Made by a program: the position numbers and the translations under genes. Below, in pieces: positions 18,911 through 28,419 of a stretch of 64,000 bases of DNA. The notes below the pieces were generated by a model that did no database searches, was not told where the DNA came from, and worked only from the letters and a program-made list of their open reading frames with translations. Source of the DNA: an uncultured Candidatus Rokubacteria bacterium (GTDB lineage: Bacteria > Methylomirabilota > Methylomirabilia > Rokubacteriales > DASRDR01); assembly GCA_963826115.1 (NCBI GenBank), contig CAWGVS010000010.1:288001-352000 (forward strand), written 5' to 3'. Numbering within the stretch: the stretch's first letter is position 1; each line of letters opens with the position of its first letter.

Positions 18911-19762
18911 TCACTCGCCGGAGATGCTGCGTCCGACCCGGGGCTCGAACGGGCCCGCCAAGGGTCGGACGAGATGATACATACAAAACACCTCCAGCGC
19001 GAACACGGGGAAGCCGAGATAGCCGGCGAGCGGCATCTCGAAGAGCCGGACCGACGGGAAGACGGGGACGCCCACGTAGCGCCACTTGGCGAGCGCCCAG
19101 TAGTTCCAGTACTCCCACAGGAGCCCGCAGAGGATCCCCGCGCCGATCCACCGCCAGACGAACCCGCGGTCACCGTCACGCCAGGCCGCCAGGAAGGACG
19201 GACGGCCCGCGCGGGCGTTCAGCGGATCGAGGAGGAGGATGAAGCCCAGCCAGACGAAGCCGAAGGTCCAGGGCCGCGCGGCGGCCGGGAGGAGCGGCGG
19301 GACGATCACGAAGGCGGCGCCGACGAGCATCGCGACGCGGAGCCCGAGCGTCGGCGGCACCGTGGCCCGCGTCGCGTCCGGCATCGGCAGCGGCCCCGCG
19401 CCCAGGAGCGCGGCGGTCTCGAACAGCCCGGGCCAGATCGTGGCGAACGACCACGCGTAGCCGAGAGCGGCCAGCCAGAGCGGCTCGGGTACGCCGAAGT
19501 ACGCCCAGTTGGCGAGGCGGAGGTTGTATCCCTCGAAGACGAGCCAGAGCGGGAGGGAGACGGTCGCCATGAACGCGGCCTCCCGCGGGCGGTCGTGGAG
19601 CAGCGAGCGGCCCTCCCGCCGGAGGACCCCGGCGTCGACGAGCAGGATGTAGGCCGTCCACATGACGGGCGTGAACCAGCGCGCCAGGACGTCGATCTGC
19701 CAGGGCAGGAGCACCTGGTTCACGACGAGGACGAGCGCCCCGACCCAGCCGTACCAGGCCAT
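18911..19762 (-). CDS. Conserved-looking multi-pass membrane protein of unknown function
   Basis: About 8 TM segments; repeated motifs FEGYNLRLANWAYFGVP / LWEYWNYWALAKWRYVGVP; LFEMPLAGYLGF. Confidence 0.8.
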   Translation of the reverse strand: MAWYGWVGALVLVVNQVLLPWQIDVLARWFTPVMWTAYILLVDAGVLRREGRSLLHDRPREAAFMATVSLPLWLVFEGYNLRLANWAYFGVPEPLWLAALGYAWSFATIWPGLFETAALLGAGPLPMPDATRATVPPTLGLRVAMLVGAAFVIVPPLLPAAARPWTFGFVWLGFILLLDPLNARAGRPSFLAAWRDGDRGFVWRWIGAGILCGLLWEYWNYWALAKWRYVGVPVFPSVRLFEMPLAGYLGFPVFALEVFCMYHLVRPLAGPFEPRVGRSISGE

Positions 19763-19785
19763 CGCTTCCTCTATATACTCGGGGC

Positions 19786-19983
19786 GTGTCGGTCCTGACG
19801 CGCCTTCTGGGCTCCATGAACCTCCGCTTCCCGACGCTGTTCGTGGTATTCCTCGCCCTGACGGTGCTCGACTTCGTCACTCCCGATCCGCTCCCGCTGG
19901 TCGACGAGCTCGGGCTCGCGCTCCTCACCCTGCTGCTCGCGGTCTGGCGCAACCGGCGGCCGACGAGGACGCCGGGGCGCTAG
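19786..19983 (+). CDS. Small membrane protein (DUF6116-like)
   Basis: LRFPTLF...DFVTPDPLPLVDEL; TATACT lies 6 nt upstream of the GTG. Confidence 0.7.
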   Translation: MSVLTRLLGSMNLRFPTLFVVFLALTVLDFVTPDPLPLVDELGLALLTLLLAVWRNRRPTRTPGR

Positions 19984-20055
19984 CGTCGCCGTTCCGATCC
20001 TTCGGCGAGACACCCTGGTGAACCGCCACCGCGCGCTTCCGGGCGCGCGCGAGTG

Positions 20056-20085
20056 TTGACCCGCGGGGGTACCCCGGTGGACAAT
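20056..20085 (+). promoter_or_regulatory. Putative pdh operon promoter with a palindromic spacer
   Basis: TTGACC-18-GACAAT; GGGGTACCCC palindrome at 20066-20075. Confidence 0.45.
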
Positions 20086-20116
20086 GACGATCGAGGCATC
20101 CCGAAAGGGGGCGCGC

Positions 20117-21211
20117 GTGCCGCGGACGAGACTGGACGTCCCGTCAGTCGAACATCTGTCCATCGTTGACGAGGAAGGCCGCGTCGACGAGGGTCTCGAG
20201 CCCCCAATTCCCGCCGAGGACCTTCGCCGCCTCTTCCGCACGTTCCTCCTCGCGCGCCGGTTCGACGAGCGGATGCTGCGGCTCCAGCGCCAGGGGCGGA
20301 TCGGCACGTTCGGGCCCATCCGCGGCCACGAGGCCGCCGTCCTCGGGAGCGTCTACGCGCTCCGAGCCTCGGACTGGATGGTGCCCTACTACCGGGAGTG
20401 GCCCGCGTACATGTGGCGGGGCTGGCCGCTCGAGAACCTCATCCTCTATTACGCCGGGTACGCCGAGGGCATGCAGGTGCCCGACGGGGTGCGAGACCTG
20501 CCGCTGTGCATCCCGATCGCGAGCCAGATCCCGCACGCGGTCGGGCTCGCCTACGCGAGCCGGAGCAAGGGCGAGGACAGCGTGACGATGGTGTACTTCG
20601 GCGACGGCGCCACCTCCCACGGCGACTGCCAGGAGGCGATGAACTTTGCGGGCGTCTTCCAGACGCCGCTCATCTTCTTCTGCCTGAACAACCAGTGGGC
20701 GATCTCGCTGCCGCGGGCCAAGCAGAGCCATGCCCGGACGCTCGCCCAGAAGGCGATCGCCTACGGGTTCCCCGGGATCCAGGTGGACGGCAACGATGTG
20801 CTCGCGAGCTACGTGGCGACGCGCGAGGCCGTCGAGCGCGCGCGGCGGGGCGAGGGGCCGACCCTGATCGAGGCGCTGACGTACCGCCTGTCGCTCCACA
20901 CGACCGCGGACGACCCGACGAAGTATCGTGACGACGCCGAGGTGAAGGCGTGGGAGGCGCGGGAGCCGCTCCCCCGGTTCCGCCGGTACCTCCAGGCCAA
21001 GGGCGTCCTCGACGCCGCCGGCGAAGCCCAGCTGGAGGCCGAGGTGGACGCCGAGATCCGGGGCGCCGTGGAGCGGGCGGAAGCGCGGATGCAGGCGAAC
21101 CTGGTCGACGTGTTCGAGCACGTCTACGCGGAGCCCACCGAGACGCTCCGGGGGCAGCGCGAGGAGCTCGAGCGCGAGCTCGCCACGACCGGTGAGGCGA
21201 CGCACGGGTGA
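20117..21211 (+). CDS. pdhA: Pyruvate/2-oxoacid dehydrogenase E1 alpha subunit
   Basis: LQRQGRIGTF, GDGATS...NNQWAIS ThDP motif, HTTADDP; GTG 20117 follows AAAGGGGG (alternative ATG 20084). Confidence 0.92.
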   Translation: MPRTRLDVPSVEHLSIVDEEGRVDEGLEPPIPAEDLRRLFRTFLLARRFDERMLRLQRQGRIGTFGPIRGHEAAVLGSVYALRASDWMVPYYREWPAYMWRGWPLENLILYYAGYAEGMQVPDGVRDLPLCIPIASQIPHAVGLAYASRSKGEDSVTMVYFGDGATSHGDCQEAMNFAGVFQTPLIFFCLNNQWAISLPRAKQSHARTLAQKAIAYGFPGIQVDGNDVLASYVATREAVERARRGEGPTLIEALTYRLSLHTTADDPTKYRDDAEVKAWEAREPLPRFRRYLQAKGVLDAAGEAQLEAEVDAEIRGAVERAEARMQANLVDVFEHVYAEPTETLRGQREELERELATTGEATHG

Positions 21212-21250
21212 CGCGGCGGATGGCACCCGACAGCCGACGAGGAGCCGGGA

Positions 21251-22240
21251 ATGACTGAGCAGCGGAAGCTGACGATGGTCCAGGCCATCAACCTCGCCCT
21301 CATGCAGGAGATGGAGCGGGACGACGACGTCCTGGTGCTCGGCGAGGACATCGGCGTCGACGGCGGCGTGTTCCGCGTGACCGACGGCCTCCTGGCGAAG
21401 TTCGGGGAGCAGCGCGTCATCGATACGCCGCTGGCCGAGGGCGCCATCGTCGGCATGGCGATCGGCATGGCGATCTACGGGCTGAAGCCCGTGCCGGAGA
21501 TCCAGTTCTCGGGCTTCTCGTTCCAGGCCTTCCACCAGATCGAGAACCACGCCGCGCGGTACCGGGCGCGGACGCGCGGTCGCTACCACATCCAGATGGT
21601 CGTGCGGATGCCGTACGGCGGCGGCGTGCGCGCGCTCGAGCACCACTCCGAGAGCGAGGAGGCGTACTACGCGCACACGCCGGGGCTGAAGATCGTGATT
21701 CCGTCGAGCCCTCGCTCCGCTCGCGCGCTCCTGGTCAGCGCGATCCGCGACCCGGACACCGTGATCTTCTTCGAGCCGAAGGCCCTCTACCATGCCGTCA
21801 AGGAGGAGGTGCCGGTCGCCGAGGAGACGTGGCCCATCGGGAAGGCCCGCATCGCCCGCGAGGGGAAGGACCTGACGCTGGTGGCGTACGGGGCGATGCT
21901 CCATCGCTGCCTCGAGGTCGCCGAGCGGGTCCACGCCGAGGACGGCGCCCAGGTGGAGGTGATCGACCTCCTGTCGATCTCGCCCATGGACACCGAGGCC
22001 ATCGCCGCGTCCGCGCGCAAGACGGGGCGGGTCGTCGTCGCCCACGAGGCCCAGCGGAGCTTCGGCGTCGGGGCCGAGATCATCGCGCGGGTCGTCGAGA
22101 CCGCCTTCCTCCAGCTCCAGGCCCCCGTCCGGCGCGTCACCGCCTTCGACGTCGTCTATCCGGGCTTCGCGCGGGAGCGCGGCTGGCTGCCCGGGCCGGA
22201 CCGCGTGCTGCGCGCCGTCCGCGAGACGCTCGCCTTCTAG
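21251..22240 (+). CDS. pdhB: 2-oxoacid dehydrogenase E1 beta subunit
   Basis: GEDIGVDGGVFRVT, DTPLAE, EIQF, EHHSES, FEPK. Confidence 0.93.
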   Translation: MTEQRKLTMVQAINLALMQEMERDDDVLVLGEDIGVDGGVFRVTDGLLAKFGEQRVIDTPLAEGAIVGMAIGMAIYGLKPVPEIQFSGFSFQAFHQIENHAARYRARTRGRYHIQMVVRMPYGGGVRALEHHSESEEAYYAHTPGLKIVIPSSPRSARALLVSAIRDPDTVIFFEPKALYHAVKEEVPVAEETWPIGKARIAREGKDLTLVAYGAMLHRCLEVAERVHAEDGAQVEVIDLLSISPMDTEAIAASARKTGRVVVAHEAQRSFGVGAEIIARVVETAFLQLQAPVRRVTAFDVVYPGFARERGWLPGPDRVLRAVRETLAF

Positions 22241-22268
22241 CCGGCGCCCGCCGCGCCGACCTCTTCCG

Positions 22269-23546
22269 ATGGCGAAGGAATTCAAGCTGCCCGATCTCGG
22301 CGAGGGCCTCACCGAGGCCGAGATCGTCCGTGTCCTCGTTGCCGAGGGCGACGAGATCAAGGAGGACCAGGCCGTCCTCCTGGTCGAGACCGAGAAGGCC
22401 CAGGTCGAGCTGCCATCCCCCTTCGGCGGGCGCGTCGCCGCGGTCCACGTCCAGGCGGGCCAGCGGGTGAAGGTCGGGGCGGTCCTGCTGAGCTTCGGCG
22501 ACGGTGCCCCCGCCGCTCGCGTCGCAGCGCCGGCATCGGCGCGCGCGGTGACGCCCGCGCCGCCCACCGCATCCGCCGCGCCGGCGCCCGCGACCGGCCT
22601 GCCGCCCGCGGCCACGCCCGCCACCCGGCGACTCGCGCGCGAGCTCGGCGTGGAGCTCGGGGCCGTCCGCGGGACCGGGCCGGGCGGGCGCATCTCGGAC
22701 GACGACGTGCGGGCCGCCGCGGGCGGCCGCCCCGCGTCGGGGGCGGGCGTGTCCCGGGCTGGGTCGTCGGCCGCGCCCGTCGAGCCGCCCCGACCGCTGG
22801 CCGGCCCGGTCGCGCTGCCGCCGCTCCCGCGCTTCGAGCAGTGGGGCCCGGTCGAGCGCGAGCCGCTCCGCGGCATCCGGCGCCGGAGCGCCGAGCACCT
22901 GGCCCTCGCCTGGGCGGTGATTCCCCACGTCACCCAGCACGACCAGGCGGACGTCACCGAGCTCGAGACGATGCGTCGCCGCCACCAGAAGCGGGGTGGG
23001 GAGACGGGCGCGGAGCTGACACTGACCGTCTTCCTCCTGAAGGCGGCAGCGCTCGCGCTCCGGGCCCACCCTCGCTTCAACGCGAGTCTCGACCAGGGCA
23101 CGGGCGAGCTGGTCCTGAAGCGCTACTACAACATTGGCGTCGCGGTGGACACCGACCAGGGGCTCGTGGTCCCGGTGGTGCGCGGGATCGACGGCAAGGG
23201 GATCCGGGAGCTCTCCGCCGAGCTCGCGCGCCTGGTCGCACGCACGCGCGAGGGGAAGGCGACGCTCGAGGACCTTCGGGGCGGGACGTTCACCGTGACC
23301 AACACCGGGGCGCTCGGCGGCACCGGGGCCACGCCGATCATCAACTATCCCGAGGTCGCCATCCTCGGCGTCGGCCGGGCCCGGCTGACGCCCGTCGTCC
23401 GCGACGGGCAGATCGTCCCGCGCCTGGTGTTGCCGCTCTCGCTCGCGTTCGACCACCGGGTGATCGACGGGATGGAGGCGGCGCGCTTCTCCACCGAGCT
23501 CGTCGGCCTCCTCGAAGCTCCCGAGCGCCTCTTCCTCGAAGGGTAG
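22269..23546 (+). CDS. pdhC: Dihydrolipoamide acyltransferase E2
   Basis: LPDLGEG...ETEKA lipoyl domain, E3-binding domain ATPATRRLARELG, catalytic DHRVIDG. Confidence 0.92.
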   Translation: MAKEFKLPDLGEGLTEAEIVRVLVAEGDEIKEDQAVLLVETEKAQVELPSPFGGRVAAVHVQAGQRVKVGAVLLSFGDGAPAARVAAPASARAVTPAPPTASAAPAPATGLPPAATPATRRLARELGVELGAVRGTGPGGRISDDDVRAAAGGRPASGAGVSRAGSSAAPVEPPRPLAGPVALPPLPRFEQWGPVEREPLRGIRRRSAEHLALAWAVIPHVTQHDQADVTELETMRRRHQKRGGETGAELTLTVFLLKAAALALRAHPRFNASLDQGTGELVLKRYYNIGVAVDTDQGLVVPVVRGIDGKGIRELSAELARLVARTREGKATLEDLRGGTFTVTNTGALGGTGATPIINYPEVAILGVGRARLTPVVRDGQIVPRLVLPLSLAFDHRVIDGMEAARFSTELVGLLEAPERLFLEG

Positions 23547-23558
23547 GGGGCCGCGCCC

Positions 23559-24983
23559 GTGGTGATGGGCGAGCTGCCCCGCGACGCGGATCTCGTCGTG
23601 CTCGGCGGCGGGCCGGGCGGATACGCTGCCGCCTTCCGCGCGGCGGACCTCGGGCTCGACACGGTCCTGGTCGAGACGCGGCCGGCGCTCGGTGGCGAGT
23701 GCCTCCACGTGGGCTGCATCCCGTCCAAGGCGCTCCTCGGGATCGCCGCGCTGATCCACGACGCGGCCGACGCAGGGGACGCGGGCGTGACGTTCGGGCC
23801 GGCCCGGGTCGACCCCGTGAAGCTCCGCGCGTTCACGCAGCGGTCGATCGACCGCCTCGCCAAGGGGCTCGCCGCCATCGCCAAGACGCGCGGGGTCGAC
23901 GTCGTGGCCGGTCACGGACGCTTCGAGCGCGACGGCTCGATCCGGGTGTCGCGGGACGACGCGCCGCCGGCGACTCTCCACTTCAAGCATGCGATCGTGG
24001 CGACGGGCTCCCGTGCCGCGACGCTGCCGGGGCTCGAGCCCGGGCCGCGCGTGTGGGACTCGACCGCGGCGCTCGCGCTCGAGCGCGTGCCCGGGCGTCT
24101 CCTGGTCGTGGGCGGCGGCTACATCGGGCTCGAGCTCGGGAGCGTGTACGCCGCTCTCGGTGCCGAGGTGACGGTGGTGGAGCTCCTGGACGGGCTCCTT
24201 CCGGGTGTCGACCGGGATCTGGTGGCGCCGCTCGCCCGCCGGCTCGGGAAGCGCTTCAAGCGCATCCTCCTCGGCACCAAGGTCACGGGGGTTCGGGAGA
24301 CGGGATCGGGTTTGACGGTGACGCTGGTCGGGGATGGGGCGCCCGCGACGCTCGAGGTCGACCAGGCGTTGGTGGCCGTCGGGCGGCGCCCCCGCTCGGA
24401 CGACCTCGGGCTCGAGCACACGCGCGCCGTGCGTGACGCGCGCGGCTTCATCGAGGTGGACGCGCAGCGCCGGACCGCCGATCCTCGAGTCCTCGCCATC
24501 GGGGACGTCGCGGGCGAGCCGATGCTGGCCCACAAGGCGATGGCGGAGGGACTGGTCGCGGCGGAGACGGCGGCGGGGCGGCCGGCCGCCTTCGAGCCCC
24601 TGGCCGTCCCGGCGGTCGTGTTCACCGATCCCGAGGTCGCGTGGTGCGGGCTGACGGAGGGCGAGGCGCGGGCGCGGGGGGTCGAGGCGCGCGCGGTGAA
24701 GGTGCCGTGGAGTGCGTCGGGCCGCGCGGTCGCGATGGGCCGGCCGGACGGGCTCACGAAGGTCGTGTTCGAGCCGAAGTCGGGGCGGCTCCTCGGCGTC
24801 GGCCTGGTGGGGCCGCACGCGGGCGACCTGGTCGCCGAGGGCGCCCTCGCGATCGAGATGGGCGCGGTGGCGGAGGACGTCGCCGGGACGATCCACACGC
24901 ACCCCACGCTGTCCGAGACTCTGGGCGAGGCGGCCGAGCTCTTCCTCGGGCACCCGATCCACCTCCCGCCGCCCCGGGGCTGA
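23559..24983 (+). CDS. lpdA: Dihydrolipoyl dehydrogenase E3
   Basis: GGGPGGY, GGECLHVGCIPSK, GGGYIGLE, HPTLSE. Confidence 0.95.
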   Translation: MVMGELPRDADLVVLGGGPGGYAAAFRAADLGLDTVLVETRPALGGECLHVGCIPSKALLGIAALIHDAADAGDAGVTFGPARVDPVKLRAFTQRSIDRLAKGLAAIAKTRGVDVVAGHGRFERDGSIRVSRDDAPPATLHFKHAIVATGSRAATLPGLEPGPRVWDSTAALALERVPGRLLVVGGGYIGLELGSVYAALGAEVTVVELLDGLLPGVDRDLVAPLARRLGKRFKRILLGTKVTGVRETGSGLTVTLVGDGAPATLEVDQALVAVGRRPRSDDLGLEHTRAVRDARGFIEVDAQRRTADPRVLAIGDVAGEPMLAHKAMAEGLVAAETAAGRPAAFEPLAVPAVVFTDPEVAWCGLTEGEARARGVEARAVKVPWSASGRAVAMGRPDGLTKVVFEPKSGRLLGVGLVGPHAGDLVAEGALAIEMGAVAEDVAGTIHTHPTLSETLGEAAELFLGHPIHLPPPRG

Positions 24984-25015
24984 CGCGCCCGCCGGGACGG
25001 GCTGAGCGCCTGGCC

Positions 25016-26248
25016 GTGCCGCGCCCGGTCCTCGTCGCCGCGCTCGGGGTGCTGACGGTCGCGCTCGACGCCGCCGTCAACATCGCGTTCCCGGCCATCT
25101 CCGCCGCGTTCCACGTGTCCGCCACGTCGATGCAGTGGATCGTCCTCGCCTACATGGTGACCTTCGCCCTGGCGCTGGTCCCCGGGGGCCGGCTCGCCGA
25201 CCGGGTCGGTCACGCGCGCGTCTTCCGCAGCGGGCTCGTCCTCACCGGCCTGACGCACGTCCTGTGCGGGCTCGCGCCCGCGTGGGGCTGGCTCCTCGGC
25301 GCCCGCACCGCGCAGGGCGTCGGGGCGGCGCTGGTGATGGCGAGCGCGCCCGCGTTCGCGACCTTGACGACCGAGGCGAGCCGACGCGGACGGGCGCTGG
25401 GCCGGCTCGGGCTGGCGGCGAGCCTCGGCGCCGTCGTGGGCCCGCTCGGCGGCGGCTTGCTCGTCGACGCGCTGGGATGGCGCGTGGTGTACCTCGGCCG
25501 CCTCCCGCTGGTCTTGGTGGCGCTCGTCCTCGGGAGCGGGCTCGTGGTGCCGCGCGCGCCCTCCGGAGCGTCGCGCGCGGAGCCTGGCGCGCGGCCGGCG
25601 CGCCGGGCGGCCGTGAACGCGACCGACCGGCGCGGCCTCGCGATCGCGAGCGCCGCGCTCATGCTCGGATGGGTGGCGCTCTTCGCCGTGTGGCTCCTCG
25701 TGCCCTACTTCCTGATCGACCGGCGCGGCTTCCCGGCCGGATGGGCCGGGATCCTCTTCATGATCGGACCGCTCGCGCAGGCGGCCGCCGCTCCCCTCGC
25801 GGGCCGCCTCGCCGACCGGGGCACCGGGCGCTGGCTCGCGCCGCTGGGCCTCGCCCTCGAGGCCGTGGGTCTCTGGCTCACGGGCCGCCTCGACGACGCC
25901 GCCGGCCCCGGGCGCATCGCCGTCGCGCTCGGCCTGGGAGGCTTCGGCTCCGGCCTCTTCATCGTCGCCAACATGCACTACGTCATGAGTGCGCTGCCGC
26001 CGGCGCGTCAGGGCGTGGCGGGCAGCCTGGTGGCACTCATGCGGACCGCGGGCGTCGTCGTGGGAGCGGCGCTGACGGCGGCCGTCTACGCCGCGCGCCT
26101 CTCCGCGCATGCGTCGCTCGGGGACCGTGACGCCGCGGCGGCGGCCTTCGCGGACACCTTCACGCTCGCGGCGAGCATCGCGGGCCTGGCCGCCCTCGTC
26201 AGCCTGATCCCGCCGCGCCGGCGCGCGCGCGGCGCTTTCGTGCCTTGA
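25016..26248 (+). CDS. MFS transporter (DHA2-like)
   Basis: LDAAVNIAFPAI, GRLADRVG, GPLGGGLLV; C-terminal part of ORF 24641..26248. Confidence 0.85.
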   Translation: MPRPVLVAALGVLTVALDAAVNIAFPAISAAFHVSATSMQWIVLAYMVTFALALVPGGRLADRVGHARVFRSGLVLTGLTHVLCGLAPAWGWLLGARTAQGVGAALVMASAPAFATLTTEASRRGRALGRLGLAASLGAVVGPLGGGLLVDALGWRVVYLGRLPLVLVALVLGSGLVVPRAPSGASRAEPGARPARRAAVNATDRRGLAIASAALMLGWVALFAVWLLVPYFLIDRRGFPAGWAGILFMIGPLAQAAAAPLAGRLADRGTGRWLAPLGLALEAVGLWLTGRLDDAAGPGRIAVALGLGGFGSGLFIVANMHYVMSALPPARQGVAGSLVALMRTAGVVVGAALTAAVYAARLSAHASLGDRDAAAAAFADTFTLAASIAGLAALVSLIPPRRRARGAFVP

Positions 26249-26303
26249 CACCGCTCGCGCGGCCGGTGTATACCCCGACGCGCCGGCGCTCGGCCGACCT
26301 ACG

Positions 26304-26882
26304 GTGACGCCGGGCGAGCTCACGATGCGCGTCCCCGAACCCTCCCGAGAGCAGCTCGAGCCCGCCGCGCGGGCGCTGTACGACCGCATCGCGTCGACGC
26401 GCGGGGGCACGCGAGGGCCGTTCCTCGTGCTCCTCCACCATCCCGCGCTCTGCGAGCGCGTGGCCGCGCTGGGGGAGCTGCTCCGCTTCAACTCGACGCT
26501 GCCGGGGGCGGACCGCGAGCTCGCGATCCTGACGGCCGGCCGCGAGTCGGAGGCCCCGTACGAGTGGGTCGCGCACGAGCCGGTCGCGCTCCGCGAGGGC
26601 ACGCGCCCCGAGGCCATCGCCGTCGTGCGCGACGGCCGCGCGACCGACGGGCTCCGGCCGCGCGAGGCGCTCCTGGTCGACACCGTGCGCGCCCTCTCCC
26701 GGGCCCACCGGCTGACCCCGGAGCAGTTCGCGCGCGCGGAGGCCGAGCTCGGGCGGCAGGGGCTGATCGAGCTCGTGACACTCGCCGGCTACTACGGGAT
26801 GGTCGCGAACGTCCTCAACGCGTTCGAGGTGGACCTCCCGCCGGGCACCACGCCACCGCCGTTCGGCCCCGCCAGACGCTAG
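26304..26882 (+). CDS. Carboxymuconolactone decarboxylase (CMD/AhpD-like) family protein
   Basis: GPFLVLLHHP, RELAIL, YEWVAH, GYYGMV; TTGACA-18-TATACC at 26245-26274. Confidence 0.85.
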   Translation: MTPGELTMRVPEPSREQLEPAARALYDRIASTRGGTRGPFLVLLHHPALCERVAALGELLRFNSTLPGADRELAILTAGRESEAPYEWVAHEPVALREGTRPEAIAVVRDGRATDGLRPREALLVDTVRALSRAHRLTPEQFARAEAELGRQGLIELVTLAGYYGMVANVLNAFEVDLPPGTTPPPFGPARR

Positions 26883-26934
26883 GGCGGGCTCCGGAGTCCG
26901 CCCCGCTCGCGCGCCCGGCCGCGCGGCGCCGCGC

Positions 26935-27450
26935 CTACCGTCCGTCGACCAGGGCGCGGATCCAGCCGTGATGCGCCTCGTAGTGCTCCCAGGTGTTTCC
27001 GCCGATCCACGCCGCCGCGGGGCTCCCGTCGCTCTCGGCGCCCGGCGGGAGGACGCCGGCGACCGGACCCGAGACCGCCCGGTCGCTGAGCGCGGCGAGC
27101 CGGCCGCGCGCCGCGCGGTGGCTGGCCCGGAGCGCGTCCAAGACCTCGGGGATCGGGCGATGGCGGTGGAGCGCGAAGATCACGGCGTTTTCGGCGTCCT
27201 CGTCCCCTGAGAGCACGGACTTGTCGACACCCAGCGCCTCGTGGGTCGGCCGCCCGGCGAGCCTGGCCACGAACGCGTCCTCCCAGGCGGCCACGTGCAT
27301 GAGGTGGTCCTTGACCGCCCATCCGGCCGGGTCGCGCACGTCGCCGAGCTGGGCGGAGGTCAGCCGGCCGATCGTGCCCTCGAGGGCCGTCCACGCCTGG
27401 TCCACCCGGGACAGGAGCTCCGCCGTGGTCTTCGGGGTCGCATCGCTCAT
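26935..27450 (-). CDS. DinB/ClbS/DfsB-like four-helix bundle protein
   Basis: WAVKDHLMHVAAWE ... GNTWEHYEAH; GGAGG before the ATG. Confidence 0.85.
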   Translation of the reverse strand: MSDATPKTTAELLSRVDQAWTALEGTIGRLTSAQLGDVRDPAGWAVKDHLMHVAAWEDAFVARLAGRPTHEALGVDKSVLSGDEDAENAVIFALHRHRPIPEVLDALRASHRAARGRLAALSDRAVSGPVAGVLPPGAESDGSPAAAWIGGNTWEHYEAHHGWIRALVDGR

Positions 27451-27622
27451 CGTGGACCTCCAGGGGCAGGGGAGTTGGAGACGCGAAGTGTGGTCGTCAC
27501 CCCTTGAAGACCCCGGAGGGGCGCGAACGTGAAACGCGCCGGCGCCGCCGTCGGAGCGAAGCGTCGGCCGCAGGGGTAGGTGCCTTCCCGGCTCGCAACG
27601 AACCGGCTATCCTGTCGGACGG

Positions 27623-28342
27623 ATGGCGACGTTCGCGCTCGTCCACGGCGCGGGGCACGGGGCCTGGTGCTGGGAGCGACTGATCCCGATGCTCGAGGCT
27701 CTCGGGCACCGCGCGCTCGCCATGGACCTTCCGTGCGAGGACCAGACGGCGGGCGCGACGCGCTACGCCGAGGTCGTCGATCGGGCTCTCCCTCCGGCGC
27801 GCGATCTCGTCCTGGTCGGTCACTCGCTCGCCGGGCTGACCATCCCGCTGGTGGCCGCGCGCCGTCCCGTCCGGCGGCTCGTGTTCCTCTGCGCGGTCGT
27901 CCCGGAGTTCGGCCGGAGTCTCTTCGACCAGGTGGAGGCGGAGCCCGACCTCTATCACCCCGTGAGTCGCTCGCACCCGGGCCGGCTGACGGCCGCCGAC
28001 GGCACCGTGACCTTTCGCGACGAGGCCGCCGCGCGCGACGTCTTCTACCAGGACTGCAGCCCCGAGGACGTCCGCCGGGCGTTCGCGCGGCTCCGTCCCC
28101 AGGCGGCGGCCCCGCGCCGCGAGCCGTGCCCGCTGTCCGCGTGGCCGCCGGGCGAGCGGGCCTACATCCTGTGCCGGCAGGACCACGCGATTGCGCCCGC
28201 CTGGTCGCGTCGCGTCGCGCGCGAGCGCCTCGGCGTCGAGGCGATCGAGCTCGACGGGGGCCACTCGCCGTTCATCGCCCAGCCCGCGGCGCTCGCCGGC
28301 GTGCTGGATCGCCTCGCGCGCGAGCGCGCGGCGGTCGCGTGA
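27623..28342 (+). CDS. Alpha/beta hydrolase (methylesterase-like)
   Basis: LVHGAGHGAWCW, GHSLAG nucleophile elbow, D, GHSPF. Confidence 0.9.
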   Translation: MATFALVHGAGHGAWCWERLIPMLEALGHRALAMDLPCEDQTAGATRYAEVVDRALPPARDLVLVGHSLAGLTIPLVAARRPVRRLVFLCAVVPEFGRSLFDQVEAEPDLYHPVSRSHPGRLTAADGTVTFRDEAAARDVFYQDCSPEDVRRAFARLRPQAAAPRREPCPLSAWPPGERAYILCRQDHAIAPAWSRRVARERLGVEAIELDGGHSPFIAQPAALAGVLDRLARERAAVA

Positions 28343-28419
28343 GGGCCGCGATGCCGGGCCGCCCGCGCCCGTTCCCGCGGGTCCGTCCGATCCGAGACCT
28401 CTGACACGGAGGCGCGCCG

